A stretch of 32,000 nt of DNA from Dickeya dadantii NCPPB 898 (GTDB lineage: Bacteria; Pseudomonadota; Gammaproteobacteria; Enterobacterales; Enterobacteriaceae), in the NCBI RefSeq assembly GCF_000406145.1, contig NZ_CM001976.1:717260-749259 (forward strand), read 5' to 3'. The position numbers and the translations under genes were made by a program. The notes beneath the pieces were generated by a model. The model was given only the letters and a program-made list of their open reading frames with translations, ran no database searches and had not been told where the DNA came from. This document shows positions 1 through 9,680 of this stretch, piece after piece; within the stretch, counting starts at the first letter, position 1; each line of letters opens with the position of its first letter.

Positions 1-1
1 G

Positions 2-376
2 GGGGTATTGGATTTTATTAATAACACCGTCAGCACCGAGTCCGGCACCATCGCGCTGAAGGCGCGCTTTAGCAACGCCGGTAATCTGCTGTGGCCGGGC
101 GCGTATCAGGCGGTCAACGTTGATGCTGGCACGGAAAACGTCGTCGTGCTGCCGCCGCAGGCGATTCAGAACGGCCCGGACGGGCATTTCGTCTATATCG
201 TCGATAAGCATAATCAGGCGGTGATGCAGCCGGTGAACCTGTTGCGTATCCAGCAGCAGATGGCCGTTGTGGACGGCATATCGCAGGGGACCAATGTGGT
301 GATAGAGGGCGCGAATAATCTGCGCCCCGGTATGAACGTCGCCGTGGCGAAAACCGATGCGGCAGGGCTGAACTGA
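2..376 (+). CDS. RND efflux periplasmic adaptor (membrane fusion protein), C-terminal fragment; the 5' end lies outside the window
   Basis: The frame is open to the window edge. The sequence ...FINNTVSTESGTIALKARFSN...VVLPPQAIQNGPDGHFVYIV... matches the conserved C-terminal barrel/membrane-proximal region of MdtA/AcrA-type adaptors. Its TGA stop (374-376) overlaps the ATG (376) of the RND permease. Confidence 0.8.
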   Translation, partial: GVLDFINNTVSTESGTIALKARFSNAGNLLWPGAYQAVNVDAGTENVVVLPPQAIQNGPDGHFVYIVDKHNQAVMQPVNLLRIQQQMAVVDGISQGTNVVIEGANNLRPGMNVAVAKTDAAGLN

Positions 377-3300
377 TGAAGCTCGCCGAACTTTGCCTGT
401 CTCGCCCGATTGCCGTGATGCTGCTATGGCTGTCGGTGATTGTCACCGGGGTCATCTGCTGGACGAAACTGCCCGTTGCGGCGTTGCCGTCGTTTGATAT
501 GCCCACCATCAGGGTGAGTGCGTCGCTGTCCGGCGCCAGCCCGGAAACCATGGCGTCGTCGGTCGCTACGCCGCTGGAGAAGAACCTGTCCACGATCCCC
601 GGTTTATCGATGTTGACCTCGACCAGCTTGCAGGGGGCGACCACTATCGTGCTGGAGTTCGACCCGTCGGTGAACATCGACGCGGCCGCCGTAGACGTGC
701 AGTCGGCGCTCTACCAGACGATGAAAAAGCTGCCGTCGCAGATGACGACGCCGCCCTCGTTTCGCAAGGTGAACCCTGCGGACGCGCCCATCGTGGCGAT
801 TGGCATCGACTCGCCATCGATGACGCTTTCCGATCTCAACCGTTTCACGGATAACCTGATTTCCCCCGCGCTATCGACCATTAAAGGCGTGGCGGAGGTG
901 AATGTGATCGGCCAGAAACGCTATGCGGTGCGGGTGGAAATCGACCCCGACAGGCTGGCGGCGACGGATATGACGCTGTCCGAAGTGCAGACGGCGCTGA
1001 AGGCCGCCAATGCGAATTCGCCCATCGGCGAGCTGGACGGCAAGCGTCAGATGATGGTGCTGCAAACCAGCGGCAATCTGATGAAGGCGGCGGACTTCGC
1101 CAATGTGATTATCGCCACGCGCAACGGGCAGCCGGTACGGCTTTCAGATGTCGCCAGCGTGCAGGACAGCATCGAAAACGCCCTAAGCTACAGCGCGGTC
1201 AACGGACATACCGCGATTGTACTGAGCATCAACCGCCAGCCGGGGGCGAATATCGTGGCGACGCTCGACGCCATCAACCGGCTGTTGCCCACATTGCAGG
1301 CGCAGATGCCGCCGTCGGTACAAGTGAAGCTGCTGAACGATCGTTCGCTCTCAATTCGTCAGGCGATCCATGATGTGAATATCACCCTGATGCTGACCAT
1401 CGCGCTGGTGGTGCTGGTGATTCTGCTGTTCCTGCGCCATTTTCGCGCTACGCTGATCCCGGCGCTCAGTGTGCCGGTGTCCCTGCTGGGCGCTTTTGCG
1501 CTGATGTATCTGCTCGGGATGAGCCTCGACAATATCTCGCTGATGGGGCTGACGATTGCCGTGGGGCTGGTGGTGGACGACGCCATTGTGGTGCTGGAAA
1601 ACATCATGCGTTACATGGAAGAGGGCGAGTCGCCCTGGCGGGCGGCGCTGCTGGGGGTAAGGGAAGTGGCGTTCACCGTGGTGTCGATTTCGCTGTCGCT
1701 GGTGGCGGTGTTTATCCCCATTTTCTTTATGCCCGGCACGTTGGGGCTGCTGTTTCATGAATTCGCCTGGGTGGTGTCGCTGGCGATACTGGTGTCGGCG
1801 GCGGCGTCGCTGACGGTGATTCCGCTGCTGGTGCCGATGTTGATCAAGCATCAGGCGCATCCGGCGCCGGAACCGGCCTGGAGCCAGCTATTTGAGCGCG
1901 GGTTTGAGTCCCTGCGCCGCGGGTATGGCCACGCGCTCGACTGGGCCATCGGGCATCGCTGGGTGATGGTGTCCACCGCGCTGGCGACGGTATTACTCAG
2001 CGTTTTACTGTACTGGAGTGCGCCCAAAGGCTTTTTCCCGCAGGAAGATCTCGGCCAGGTGACGGCGAATATCGATACGCCGCAGGACATGTCCTATGAG
2101 GGGCGGCTGAAGGTGGCGCAGCAGTTGGGCAATACGCTGTTGCAGGATCCCGCCGTCAGCGACATGGTCACCAAAGTGGACCATGACACCACGCAGCTGA
2201 TGCTGACGCTAAAAGACAGCGCGCAACGGCCGCCGATGGCGCAGGTGTTGCAGATAATGCGCGCCGAAACGCGCTATCTGCCGGGGATTACCGTGTTTTA
2301 CAGCCCGGTGCAAAACCTGAAGGTCGGCGGGCGCTCGTCAAAAAGCAACTACCAGTACACGCTACAGTCGGTGAACAGCGGCGATGGGCTATCGTTAAAT
2401 GACTGGGCGAATAAGCTGATGGACGGAATGAAAAAAACCGGCGTTTTCGTGGGCGTGAACAGCGACGCGCAACTGAACGGCTTGCAGGCGCAGTTGCAGA
2501 TTGACCGCAACAAAGCGTCGCTGATGGGTGTGGATATCGATCAGATCCGCAGCAACCTGTACGCCGCCTTCGGTACGCAGCAGGCATCGACTATCTACGC
2601 GCCGGAAGACAGCTATCAGGTCATCATGGAGGTGGACAGCGCCTTCCGGCAGAATGAAAGCGACCTGTCGAAAATCTATGTCCGCTCGTCGGCGAACACG
2701 TTGCTGCCGGTGACGACCTTTACCCATATCACGCGCGCCCAGGGGGTGACGGCGGTTAATCATCAGGGGCAGCTTCCGGCGATTACCGTGTCGTTCGATC
2801 TGGCGCCCGGGAAATCGCTGTCCGACGCCACCAATGCGATCGCGCAGGTGCAGCAGGCTATCCAGATGCCTAATTCGGTGATCGGCAGCTACGCGGGGCA
2901 GGCAGCGCTCTATCAGCAGTCCCAGACCAGCCAGATCTGGCTGATCGTGATGGCGCTGGCGGTGATTTACGTCATTCTGGGCGTACTGTATGAAAGTTGG
3001 ATCCATCCGCTGACTATCCTGCTGGGGCTGCCGTCCGCCGCGGTGGGGGCGCTGCTGGCGCTGCGGCTGCTGAATCTGGATCTGACGTTTATCGCCATGA
3101 TTGGCATTCTGTTGCTGATTGGCATCGTGAAAAGAACGCCATCATGATGATCGATTTCGCACTGGCCGCACAGCGTACGCAGGGGATGTCGCCCCATGAC
3201 GCCATTGTGCAGGCGTGCATGCAGCGCTTCCGGCCGATTATGATGACGACGCTGTGCGCCATGATGGGGGCGCTGCCTATCGCCTTTGGCTGGGGTGCCG

Positions 3301-3455
3301 GGGCTGAGCTGCGTCAGCCGATGGGCGTGGCGGTGGTGGGCGGGCTGCTGTTCTCGCAGCTGATTACGCTGTTTATTACCCCCGTGCTGTATCTGCTGTT
3401 TGATCGGCCTGAGGTTGGCATGACGACCATGGTGCATCGGGTGGAGGAACAATGA
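376..3455 (+). pseudogene. RND (HAE1-type, MdtB/MdtC-like) efflux permease, about 1026 codons, interrupted by a 1-nt frameshift in the A-run 3130-3133
   Basis: ORF 376..3147 (923 aa) aligns by eye with E. coli MdtC ([33 protein letters not shown] and others). It stops as GIVKRTPS*. The ORF in the next frame continues [15 protein letters not shown]...[18 protein letters not shown]...FDR up to 3455. One extra A would restore the family motif [17 protein letters not shown]. Confidence 0.85.
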
Positions 3456-4153
3456 GACTATTGCTGGTAGAAGACCAAACCATGGCGGCGGATTACATCT
3501 CCAAAGGGCTCAAGGAGAATGATTTCGTGGTCGATGTCGCCCACGATGGCGTGGATGGCCTGCATTATCTGCTGACCAACGATTATGATCTGGCGATCCT
3601 CGACGTCATGCTGCCCGGTATGAGCGGCTGGAAAATTCTGGAGCTGGCGCGTCAGGCCGGGAAACCGACCCCGGTCATGTTCCTGACGGCGCGCGACGAG
3701 GTAGAGGACCGGGTGCGTGGTCTGGAGCTGGGCGCGGAAGATTATCTGATCAAACCCTTTTCCTTTAGCGAACTGCTGGCGCGGGTGCGCGTGATTATGC
3801 GGCGGCAGGCGGTACATATGCCGGCGGTGGAAGAGTCCGTGCTGCAAATCAGCAACTTGCAGTTGGATTTCTTGAAACATCGCGTGTCGCGCGGCGGAAA
3901 ACGCATCGAGCTGACGCAAAAGGAATTTTTGCTGTTGAGCCTGTTGATGCGCCGCAGCGGCGAAGTGCTGTCGCGTACCGTACTGGCGGAGCAGGTCTGG
4001 GACATGAATTTTGACCCTGAAACGAACGTCATTGACGTGGCGATTCGCCGGCTGCGCAGCAAAATCGATGATGATTATGAGGTCAAACTGCTGCACACCA
4101 TCCGCGGCGCCGGATATGTCCTGGAAGTGAGAAATGATGCTGATACCGCGTAA
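3452..4153 (+). CDS. OmpR-family response regulator, CusR/CopR/SilR (heavy-metal) subfamily
   Basis: The receiver domain carries MRLLLVEDQ...[15 protein letters not shown]...LTARD...[19 protein letters not shown], followed by a winged-helix C-terminus ([15 protein letters not shown]...IRGAGYVL). An ATGA overlap joins it to the end of the RND gene. Confidence 0.9.
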   Translation: MRLLLVEDQTMAADYISKGLKENDFVVDVAHDGVDGLHYLLTNDYDLAILDVMLPGMSGWKILELARQAGKPTPVMFLTARDEVEDRVRGLELGAEDYLIKPFSFSELLARVRVIMRRQAVHMPAVEESVLQISNLQLDFLKHRVSRGGKRIELTQKEFLLLSLLMRRSGEVLSRTVLAEQVWDMNFDPETNVIDVAIRRLRSKIDDDYEVKLLHTIRGAGYVLEVRNDADTA

Positions 4154-5561
4154 TTTCCCGATCACCCTGAGGCTGACGCTTTATTTTTCCCTTGCCATGA
4201 GCCTGGTGCTTTACAGCGTTTCGGGGCTGCTGTACTCCACGATGCGCAACCAGCTTAGCCAGAAAGATGAAGATGAGCTGCGCAGTACGCTACGCTTTCA
4301 GCAGGAAATCGCCGCTACCATCAGCGAACGTCAGGGGCCGAAAGACCTTTGGCAGCAGGAGCTGTTCGAATTCGTCGCCCGTCAGGAGCGCCTTTCGCTC
4401 AGGATAATCAGCCCAGACGGCAAGGTCTGGGCGCAGTCGAAAAATATGCGCGTCCCGCAGCGGGATTTCCCTGCGCCATCCAGTGAATTTCGCTACAGCT
4501 CATGGCGTTACCGCGCGCACGAAGCCAGCGAAAAATACCTGATCGCCTCGACCGATTTCGTCCTCAAGGATAATCAGCCGTGGCTGGTGCAGGCGGCGCT
4601 AAACGTCTCAAAGAACAATGAAATCATTGAAGATTACTGGAAGCGCATGCAAATTGCCGCGGCGTTGTCCATCATCATTTTTTCCGCCATCGGCTACTGG
4701 TTGGCCCGCAAAGGGCTGCTGCCGCTGCGGACCATGAGCCGGGAAATCGAGCATATTCACGCGGAAGACTTGCACACCCGCCTGTCCACGCAGCGCTGGC
4801 CGTCGGAACTCAATACGCTGGCCGCCTCGTTCGACGGCATGATGACCCGTCTGGAAGCGTCGTTTAAACAGCTGAGCCGATTTTCATCGGATATCGCCCA
4901 TGAGCTGCGCGGCCCAATCAACAATTTGATTTCGGCGGCCAGCGTGACGCAAAGCAAGGCGCGCAGCCAGGAGGAGTACCGTGAAACGCTGGCGGCGATT
5001 GTAGAGGAAGGGGAACGGCTGTCGCGCATGATTTCATCCATGCTGTTTCTGGCCCGGGCGGATAACAGCCGCGAACCGCTCAATGTGGAACAACTGGACA
5101 GCGCAACCGAATTCGCCCGGCTGATCAATTTCTACGATATTCTCGCGGAAGAAAAAGATATCGAGCTGTCGAGCGAAGGCGACGCCGTGTTCTATGCCGA
5201 CCCCATTCATGTGCAACGCGCGCTCGCGAATCTGCTGTCCAACGCGCTGCGCCATACGCCGGCGGGCGGGAAAATCCTGCTGAGCGCGGCCAGCCACAAC
5301 GGCAAGGTCTGGCTGAGCGTGATTGATAACGGCGAAGGCATCAGCGCGGATCATTTGCCGCATATTTTCGACCGTTTCTATCGGGTGGACGACGCCCGCA
5401 GCAACGCGGAAAACACCGGTTTAGGGCTGGCGCTGGTGAAAACCATCGCCGAGATGCATGGCGGTAAAATCCAGGTGGCGAGCGAGGAAGGGAAGGGCAG
5501 TTGTTTTACGCTGGTGCTGCCGGCGCGCAAAGACGATATCGTCAACCTGACAAAATTGTAA
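4134..5561 (+). CDS. Sensor histidine kinase, CusS/CopS-like
   Basis: It has an N-terminal TM segment ([20 protein letters not shown]), a periplasmic segment and a second TM segment ([18 protein letters not shown]). The H-box is [12 protein letters not shown], the N-box [10 protein letters not shown] and the G-boxes DNGEGI / GLGLALV. It overlaps the response regulator gene by 20 nt. An ATG at 4137 is an equally possible start. Confidence 0.9.
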   Translation: MMLIPRNFPITLRLTLYFSLAMSLVLYSVSGLLYSTMRNQLSQKDEDELRSTLRFQQEIAATISERQGPKDLWQQELFEFVARQERLSLRIISPDGKVWAQSKNMRVPQRDFPAPSSEFRYSSWRYRAHEASEKYLIASTDFVLKDNQPWLVQAALNVSKNNEIIEDYWKRMQIAAALSIIIFSAIGYWLARKGLLPLRTMSREIEHIHAEDLHTRLSTQRWPSELNTLAASFDGMMTRLEASFKQLSRFSSDIAHELRGPINNLISAASVTQSKARSQEEYRETLAAIVEEGERLSRMISSMLFLARADNSREPLNVEQLDSATEFARLINFYDILAEEKDIELSSEGDAVFYADPIHVQRALANLLSNALRHTPAGGKILLSAASHNGKVWLSVIDNGEGISADHLPHIFDRFYRVDDARSNAENTGLGLALVKTIAEMHGGKIQVASEEGKGSCFTLVLPARKDDIVNLTKL

Positions 5562-5636
5562 TTTATGCGTTGAGCCTGGGTCATCATGACAAACTGATAA
5601 TAGACCCTGTCGGCATACAGGAGGCTGGTTCAGACT

Positions 5637-6215
5637 ATGATTCAGAATAGGCAAAATAGCGCGTTGTCTCGTGCTCAACTGAAAAATTATTTTTCATATG
5701 TCCGGCAGTTTATTGCCGCGCCGCGCTCGGTAGGTTCGGTTATTCCGTCATCCGCCACGCTGTGCCGCGCGATGATGAATCAGGTGGACTGGTGCACTAA
5801 TCTTTCTATCGCCGAACTTGGCGCGGCGAACGGCGTATTGACCAACGGTATTCTTGAGCGGATGCGCGCCGACGCCGTGCTGGATGCGTATGAAATTAAT
5901 CCGAGATTCGTTAATCAGTTACAAAAGATTGAGGATAAACGGCTTAATGTCGTCGCGGCATCGGCAGAAACGCTCATTAATCATTATGATATCGTTTTTT
6001 CCTGCCTGCCGCTGTTGTCGATGCCGACCAGAATTAGCATGCGCATTCTGAATCAGATTCATAAACGCATGGCGCCGCACAGTACGTTTGTTCAGTTTCA
6101 ATATAGTCCGCTGTCGGAGAAATTATTGTCGCATTATTTTAACTGGCAACGGATTATCGTGGTGAAAAACGTTCCGCCCGCGCTGGTTTATGTCTGTACG
6201 CTGCCGGATGCATAA
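5637..6215 (+). CDS. Class I SAM-dependent methyltransferase of the COG3963 / PmtA-like (phospholipid N-methyltransferase-like) family
   Basis: The family pattern is visible: PRSVGSVIPSSATLCRAMM, motif I region IAELGAANG, SCLPLLSMPTRISMRIL, FVQFQYSP and NVPPALVYVC. This resembles my recollection of Rhodobacter-type PmtA. The gene lies in a visibly AT-rich stretch. Confidence 0.6.
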   Translation: MIQNRQNSALSRAQLKNYFSYVRQFIAAPRSVGSVIPSSATLCRAMMNQVDWCTNLSIAELGAANGVLTNGILERMRADAVLDAYEINPRFVNQLQKIEDKRLNVVAASAETLINHYDIVFSCLPLLSMPTRISMRILNQIHKRMAPHSTFVQFQYSPLSEKLLSHYFNWQRIIVVKNVPPALVYVCTLPDA

Positions 6216-6260
6216 GGCATTGATTGGCTATTTCCTTTATTTATATATAGAGAGTGCGGG

Positions 6261-6485
6261 ATGAAGATAAATATCTTATACATCATGCTGGCGGTGGTAT
6301 CGTTTTTTATGATTGAGCAAAGTTCCGCCGACGCGAGCGTTAATAAAGTGGGGAATACCTGGATACTTTCGCCGGCGGCCTGGTATCCCCATGCGGATGA
6401 GATACACGAGAATCACCCGTTAGATATGAATGAAAAGTCGACGAAAAATAATGATTTACTTCATCCGTTTTCCACCGATAAATAA
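6261..6485 (+). CDS. Hypothetical small secreted protein (74 aa)
   Basis: It has a signal-peptide-like N-terminus (MKINILYIMLAVVSFFMIEQSSA/DA) and sits in an AT-rich context. I recognise no family, so coding status is uncertain. Confidence 0.3.
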   Translation: MKINILYIMLAVVSFFMIEQSSADASVNKVGNTWILSPAAWYPHADEIHENHPLDMNEKSTKNNDLLHPFSTDK

Positions 6486-6633
6486 AGTGGAAAATAACCA
6501 TAATCCCCTTTTTTATTGCTAATCAATAACAGCAAAGAAATCCTTATTCCGGTGAAGTGATACTGACCGGTCAGGCGTTTTATCGTATTAAAAAAGCGGC
6601 TGATAGTACGCTAAAAAAAGAGATGTTCGCGTA

Positions 6634-7008
6634 ATGAAAAAACAACCGAAAATATTCCCCGGATTGGGGATTTGCCTGGCTGTATTATTGGTGGTGCCCG
6701 GTATCGCATGGATGACGGGCTGGCAGTGGAACCCGGATGCGCCATCCCGATTGCTGACCTTTTTTTATTTTCTGACGCAAACGGTGAGTAATCCGTTCGG
6801 TATTATCACGGCGCTGTTTTTACTGGGCGCGTTGCTATGGCGGCTAAAACCCGCGAAGACGCTCGTCTGGAGATGCGCGTTGTTGATCATTGCGCCCATT
6901 TTGCTGGGGCAGGTGTCGGTCGGCGTACTGAAGCGGGCTATCCATCAGATAGAACCGGTTCAGAACGATCGCCGCCGCGGCGTAACGGCGTGCACTCGAA
7001 TACGTTGA
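6634..7008 (+). pseudogene. Truncated PAP2 phosphatase, PgpB-like N-terminal remnant (about 105 of about 254 residues)
   Basis: IAWMTGWQWNPDAPSRLLTFFYFLTQTVSNPFGIITALFLLGALLW...ILLGQ...LKRAIHQIEP aligns by eye with E. coli PgpB VWISGWRWQPGEQSWLLKAAFWVTETVTQPWGVITHLILFGWFLW...ILVGQ..IKDKVQEPRP. Similarity ends at the first acid-phosphatase motif (KX6RP). The PSGH and SRX5HX3D motifs are absent in every frame downstream. Confidence 0.55.
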
Positions 7009-7144
7009 GCCGCCCGAACGCTGCTACCCATTATTAATGGTTTCAAAAATAAACTAACTCCCAAAAGGAAACAAAATGCAGTATGGTTATTCAGGTGTGA
7101 AATAGAAACTCATCAACGATAGCAGATGGAACAGAGGTGACGAG

Positions 7145-7522
7145 ATGCCTGAATTCAATGTCTACAGCAGAGGCTGTCCGGCGCGTATGGTGCTGGATCG
7201 CTTGTCGAATAAGTGGTCGCTGTTGATTCTGGATCGTCTGGCGTGCGAGCCGGTACGATTTAATCAATTGAGGCGTGACATTGACGGCGTATCGCAGAAG
7301 GTGCTGTCGCAGACGCTGAAGCATCTGGAGCGCGATGGCATGATCCGTCGTCAGGTGTTCGCTACGGTGCCGGTGACGGTGGAGTATTCGATTACCATGC
7401 TGGGTAAGACGCTGGTCAAAACCGTACATGAACTGACCCACTGGGCAGAGAGCAATATCGATGAGGTCATGCTCGCTCAGCAGCGCTACGATGAGCTTAA
7501 TTCGGCGTCCACGGCGGCGTAA
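7145..7522 (+). CDS. HxlR-family (MarR-like winged-helix) transcriptional regulator
   Basis: It carries the canonical HxlR signature CPARMVLDRLSNKWSLLILDRL...RFNQLRRDIDGVSQKVLSQTLKHLERDGMIRR...VEYSITMLGKTL. A GAGGTG SD lies upstream. Confidence 0.9.
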   Translation: MPEFNVYSRGCPARMVLDRLSNKWSLLILDRLACEPVRFNQLRRDIDGVSQKVLSQTLKHLERDGMIRRQVFATVPVTVEYSITMLGKTLVKTVHELTHWAESNIDEVMLAQQRYDELNSASTAA

Positions 7523-7630
7523 GTGTAGCCGCTCTGTTTTAGCGACGCGCTATCGGAAACAGGCCATCACAGAAACCTATGGGCGGGAGCGGGTAAAAAG
7601 CCACGGTATGTGGTCGGCTCCGTCCATTAA

Positions 7631-9526
7631 TCATACCCGTTGATGCTTATGCTCTTTATTATTCGTGATGGGGGTGTATCCCGTTGGCGCGTCCAGCAAT
7701 ATCTTCTTGATGTCGCCGACATCATAATCATGGCAACTCTTGTCGAGCTTTTGTAATAACCGCTCCATCTCCTGCCAGCTTAGCCGTTCTTCCTGCGCGG
7801 TCATGATTCTGGGGTGGCTGGTGCCTTCCACATTTTCGCCAATCAGTAACTCTTCGTAGAGCTTTTCTCCCGGACGTAAGCCCGTGAATTTAATAACGAT
7901 ATCGCCCTCTTCACCATAGCCTTCGATGTAGCCTTTCATCCCCATCAGGTTGATCATTCTGCGCGCTAAATCTAGGATTTTGACCGGTTCCCCCATATCC
8001 AGAACAAAAACCTGTCCGTTAATCCCCATGGCGCCTGCCTGTATCACGAGTTGCGCCGCTTCGGGTATCAGCATGAAGTAACGGGTAATGTCCGGATGGG
8101 TTACCGTAACCGGTCCTCCCAGGCGAATCTGTTTTTTAAACAGAGGAACGACAGAGCCCGATGAGCCTAATACGTTGCCGAAACGGACCATGGTGAAGGT
8201 CGTCTGGTTTTGCCGTTCCGCCAGCGCTTGCAGAATCAGTTCGGCCATCCGCTTGCTGGTCCCCATGATATTGGTGGGTCGTACCGCTTTGTCCGTCGAA
8301 ATCAGGGTGAAGTTGCGTACTCCTTCCTCTATCGCGGCTTCGGCGCAGGCCAGCGTGCCGAAGACGTTATTGCGGATACCTTCGATGACATTGTCTTCCA
8401 CCAGCGGCACATGCTTGTAAGCCGCGGCGTGATAAATGGTTTCTACCTGATAGGCCCGAATCAGTTTCTGTATCCGGTTTTGCTTTTGCACCGACCCCAG
8501 CGCGGCAACGATTTTGGTATCAAGCAGTAAACGCTTCTTGATGCCCTGAAGCTCCTGGTCGATGGTATAGAGGTTGTATTCATTCAGTTCAAACAGCACC
8601 AGCGTGCGGGGATGTTGCGTCAGAATCTGCCGACAGAGTTCTGAACCAATAGAGCCGCCCGCCCCGGTGACCATCACCGATTTGCCGGTAATGTTTTTAG
8701 ACATCAGCTGTTTGTCGGGACCTACCGCTTCACGCCCCAGCAAGTCCGCCACGTCCAAATCCCGTATTTCTGTCGCAGTCGCCTTCCCGGCGGCAATGTC
8801 TTCGACCGAGGGCACGGATTGCACTTCAATCGGCCAGTGCGACAGTTTTTCCAGCAATCTCAACCGCTGGCCTTTTTTGATGTTATTAATCGCCAGCAGC
8901 AATTTTACCGGTTGATATAACGGTTTCAGTTTTTCGAATTCACGACTGTGGTGCACCTTGATACCGCAGATGATTTGACCAATCTTTTTTTCGTCATCAT
9001 CAAGCACCACTACCGGATGAAACTCGTCTCCCTGGATCAGGGAATAGAGCAGGTCGCGCCCGGTTGCGCCCGCACCATAGATAAAGACATTGGGCTTTTG
9101 CCGTTTGTAATAGTGGTAATAAAACGTGCGGATGAGTACGCGAGGGCTGCCCAGCGCCAGCGTCGCCAGCCCGGCATAGATAAAAGGGACGCTGCGCGGC
9201 ACAAACGACTGAAAAAAGAAGCTACTCAGCGCCAGGCTGATAGCCGACAGAATCACCGACAGAAAAACATACCCCATCGCCGGCAGCATCATGTAACGCA
9301 GCACCGCCCGGTACATGCCGCAGCGAACAAATACCAGCAGGGTGATGGACAACGTGACCAGTACGCTGGCGATTTCAGCGTAACCTACGGGAAAATCCAG
9401 GGTGCCCAGACGAACGGCGACGGCCAGATAAAGTGAAACCACAATGGCGATCGCGTCATAGATCACCGTCATGATGCGTTTGTTTCTACGCTCAGCACTT
9501 AGCAAAATTGGAATGGGTTTAAACAT
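7631..9526 (-). CDS. Membrane-anchored UDP-HexNAc 4,6-dehydratase (WbpM / PglF / CapD family)
   Basis: Four N-terminal TM helices are followed by two Rossmann regions (IYGAGATGRDL and VMVTGAGGSIGSELCRQIL) plus YKHVPLVE and STDKAVRPTNIMGTSKR. I chose the start at M77 of the track ORF (ATG at 9526), because MFKPIPILLSAERRNKRIM... matches the usual WbpM-type N-terminus. The 76-codon upstream extension would overlap the divergent gene. Confidence 0.85.
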   Translation of the reverse strand: MFKPIPILLSAERRNKRIMTVIYDAIAIVVSLYLAVAVRLGTLDFPVGYAEIASVLVTLSITLLVFVRCGMYRAVLRYMMLPAMGYVFLSVILSAISLALSSFFFQSFVPRSVPFIYAGLATLALGSPRVLIRTFYYHYYKRQKPNVFIYGAGATGRDLLYSLIQGDEFHPVVVLDDDEKKIGQIICGIKVHHSREFEKLKPLYQPVKLLLAINNIKKGQRLRLLEKLSHWPIEVQSVPSVEDIAAGKATATEIRDLDVADLLGREAVGPDKQLMSKNITGKSVMVTGAGGSIGSELCRQILTQHPRTLVLFELNEYNLYTIDQELQGIKKRLLLDTKIVAALGSVQKQNRIQKLIRAYQVETIYHAAAYKHVPLVEDNVIEGIRNNVFGTLACAEAAIEEGVRNFTLISTDKAVRPTNIMGTSKRMAELILQALAERQNQTTFTMVRFGNVLGSSGSVVPLFKKQIRLGGPVTVTHPDITRYFMLIPEAAQLVIQAGAMGINGQVFVLDMGEPVKILDLARRMINLMGMKGYIEGYGEEGDIVIKFTGLRPGEKLYEELLIGENVEGTSHPRIMTAQEERLSWQEMERLLQKLDKSCHDYDVGDIKKILLDAPTGYTPITNNKEHKHQRV

Positions 9527-9680
9527 CTGGGGCCTGAATGTCTGTGTGAGACGGCAATTAGAGTAATTAGGCGGACATTTTAGTGGTCCGACAACGTCTT
9601 GACCAGCAGTGCGAATCTCAATTTCGAGGATCGCGGGTACCAAGGTATTATCAGGTATTTTCCTGCTGAAGGTAACCACA

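Noticed and set aside
3458-4165. A 235-aa minus-strand ORF spanning almost exactly the response-regulator gene
   Set aside because: It is the antisense shadow of a well-supported CDS in GC-rich DNA. Its composition is R/Q/H-rich and of low complexity, and it has no recognisable motif or SD.
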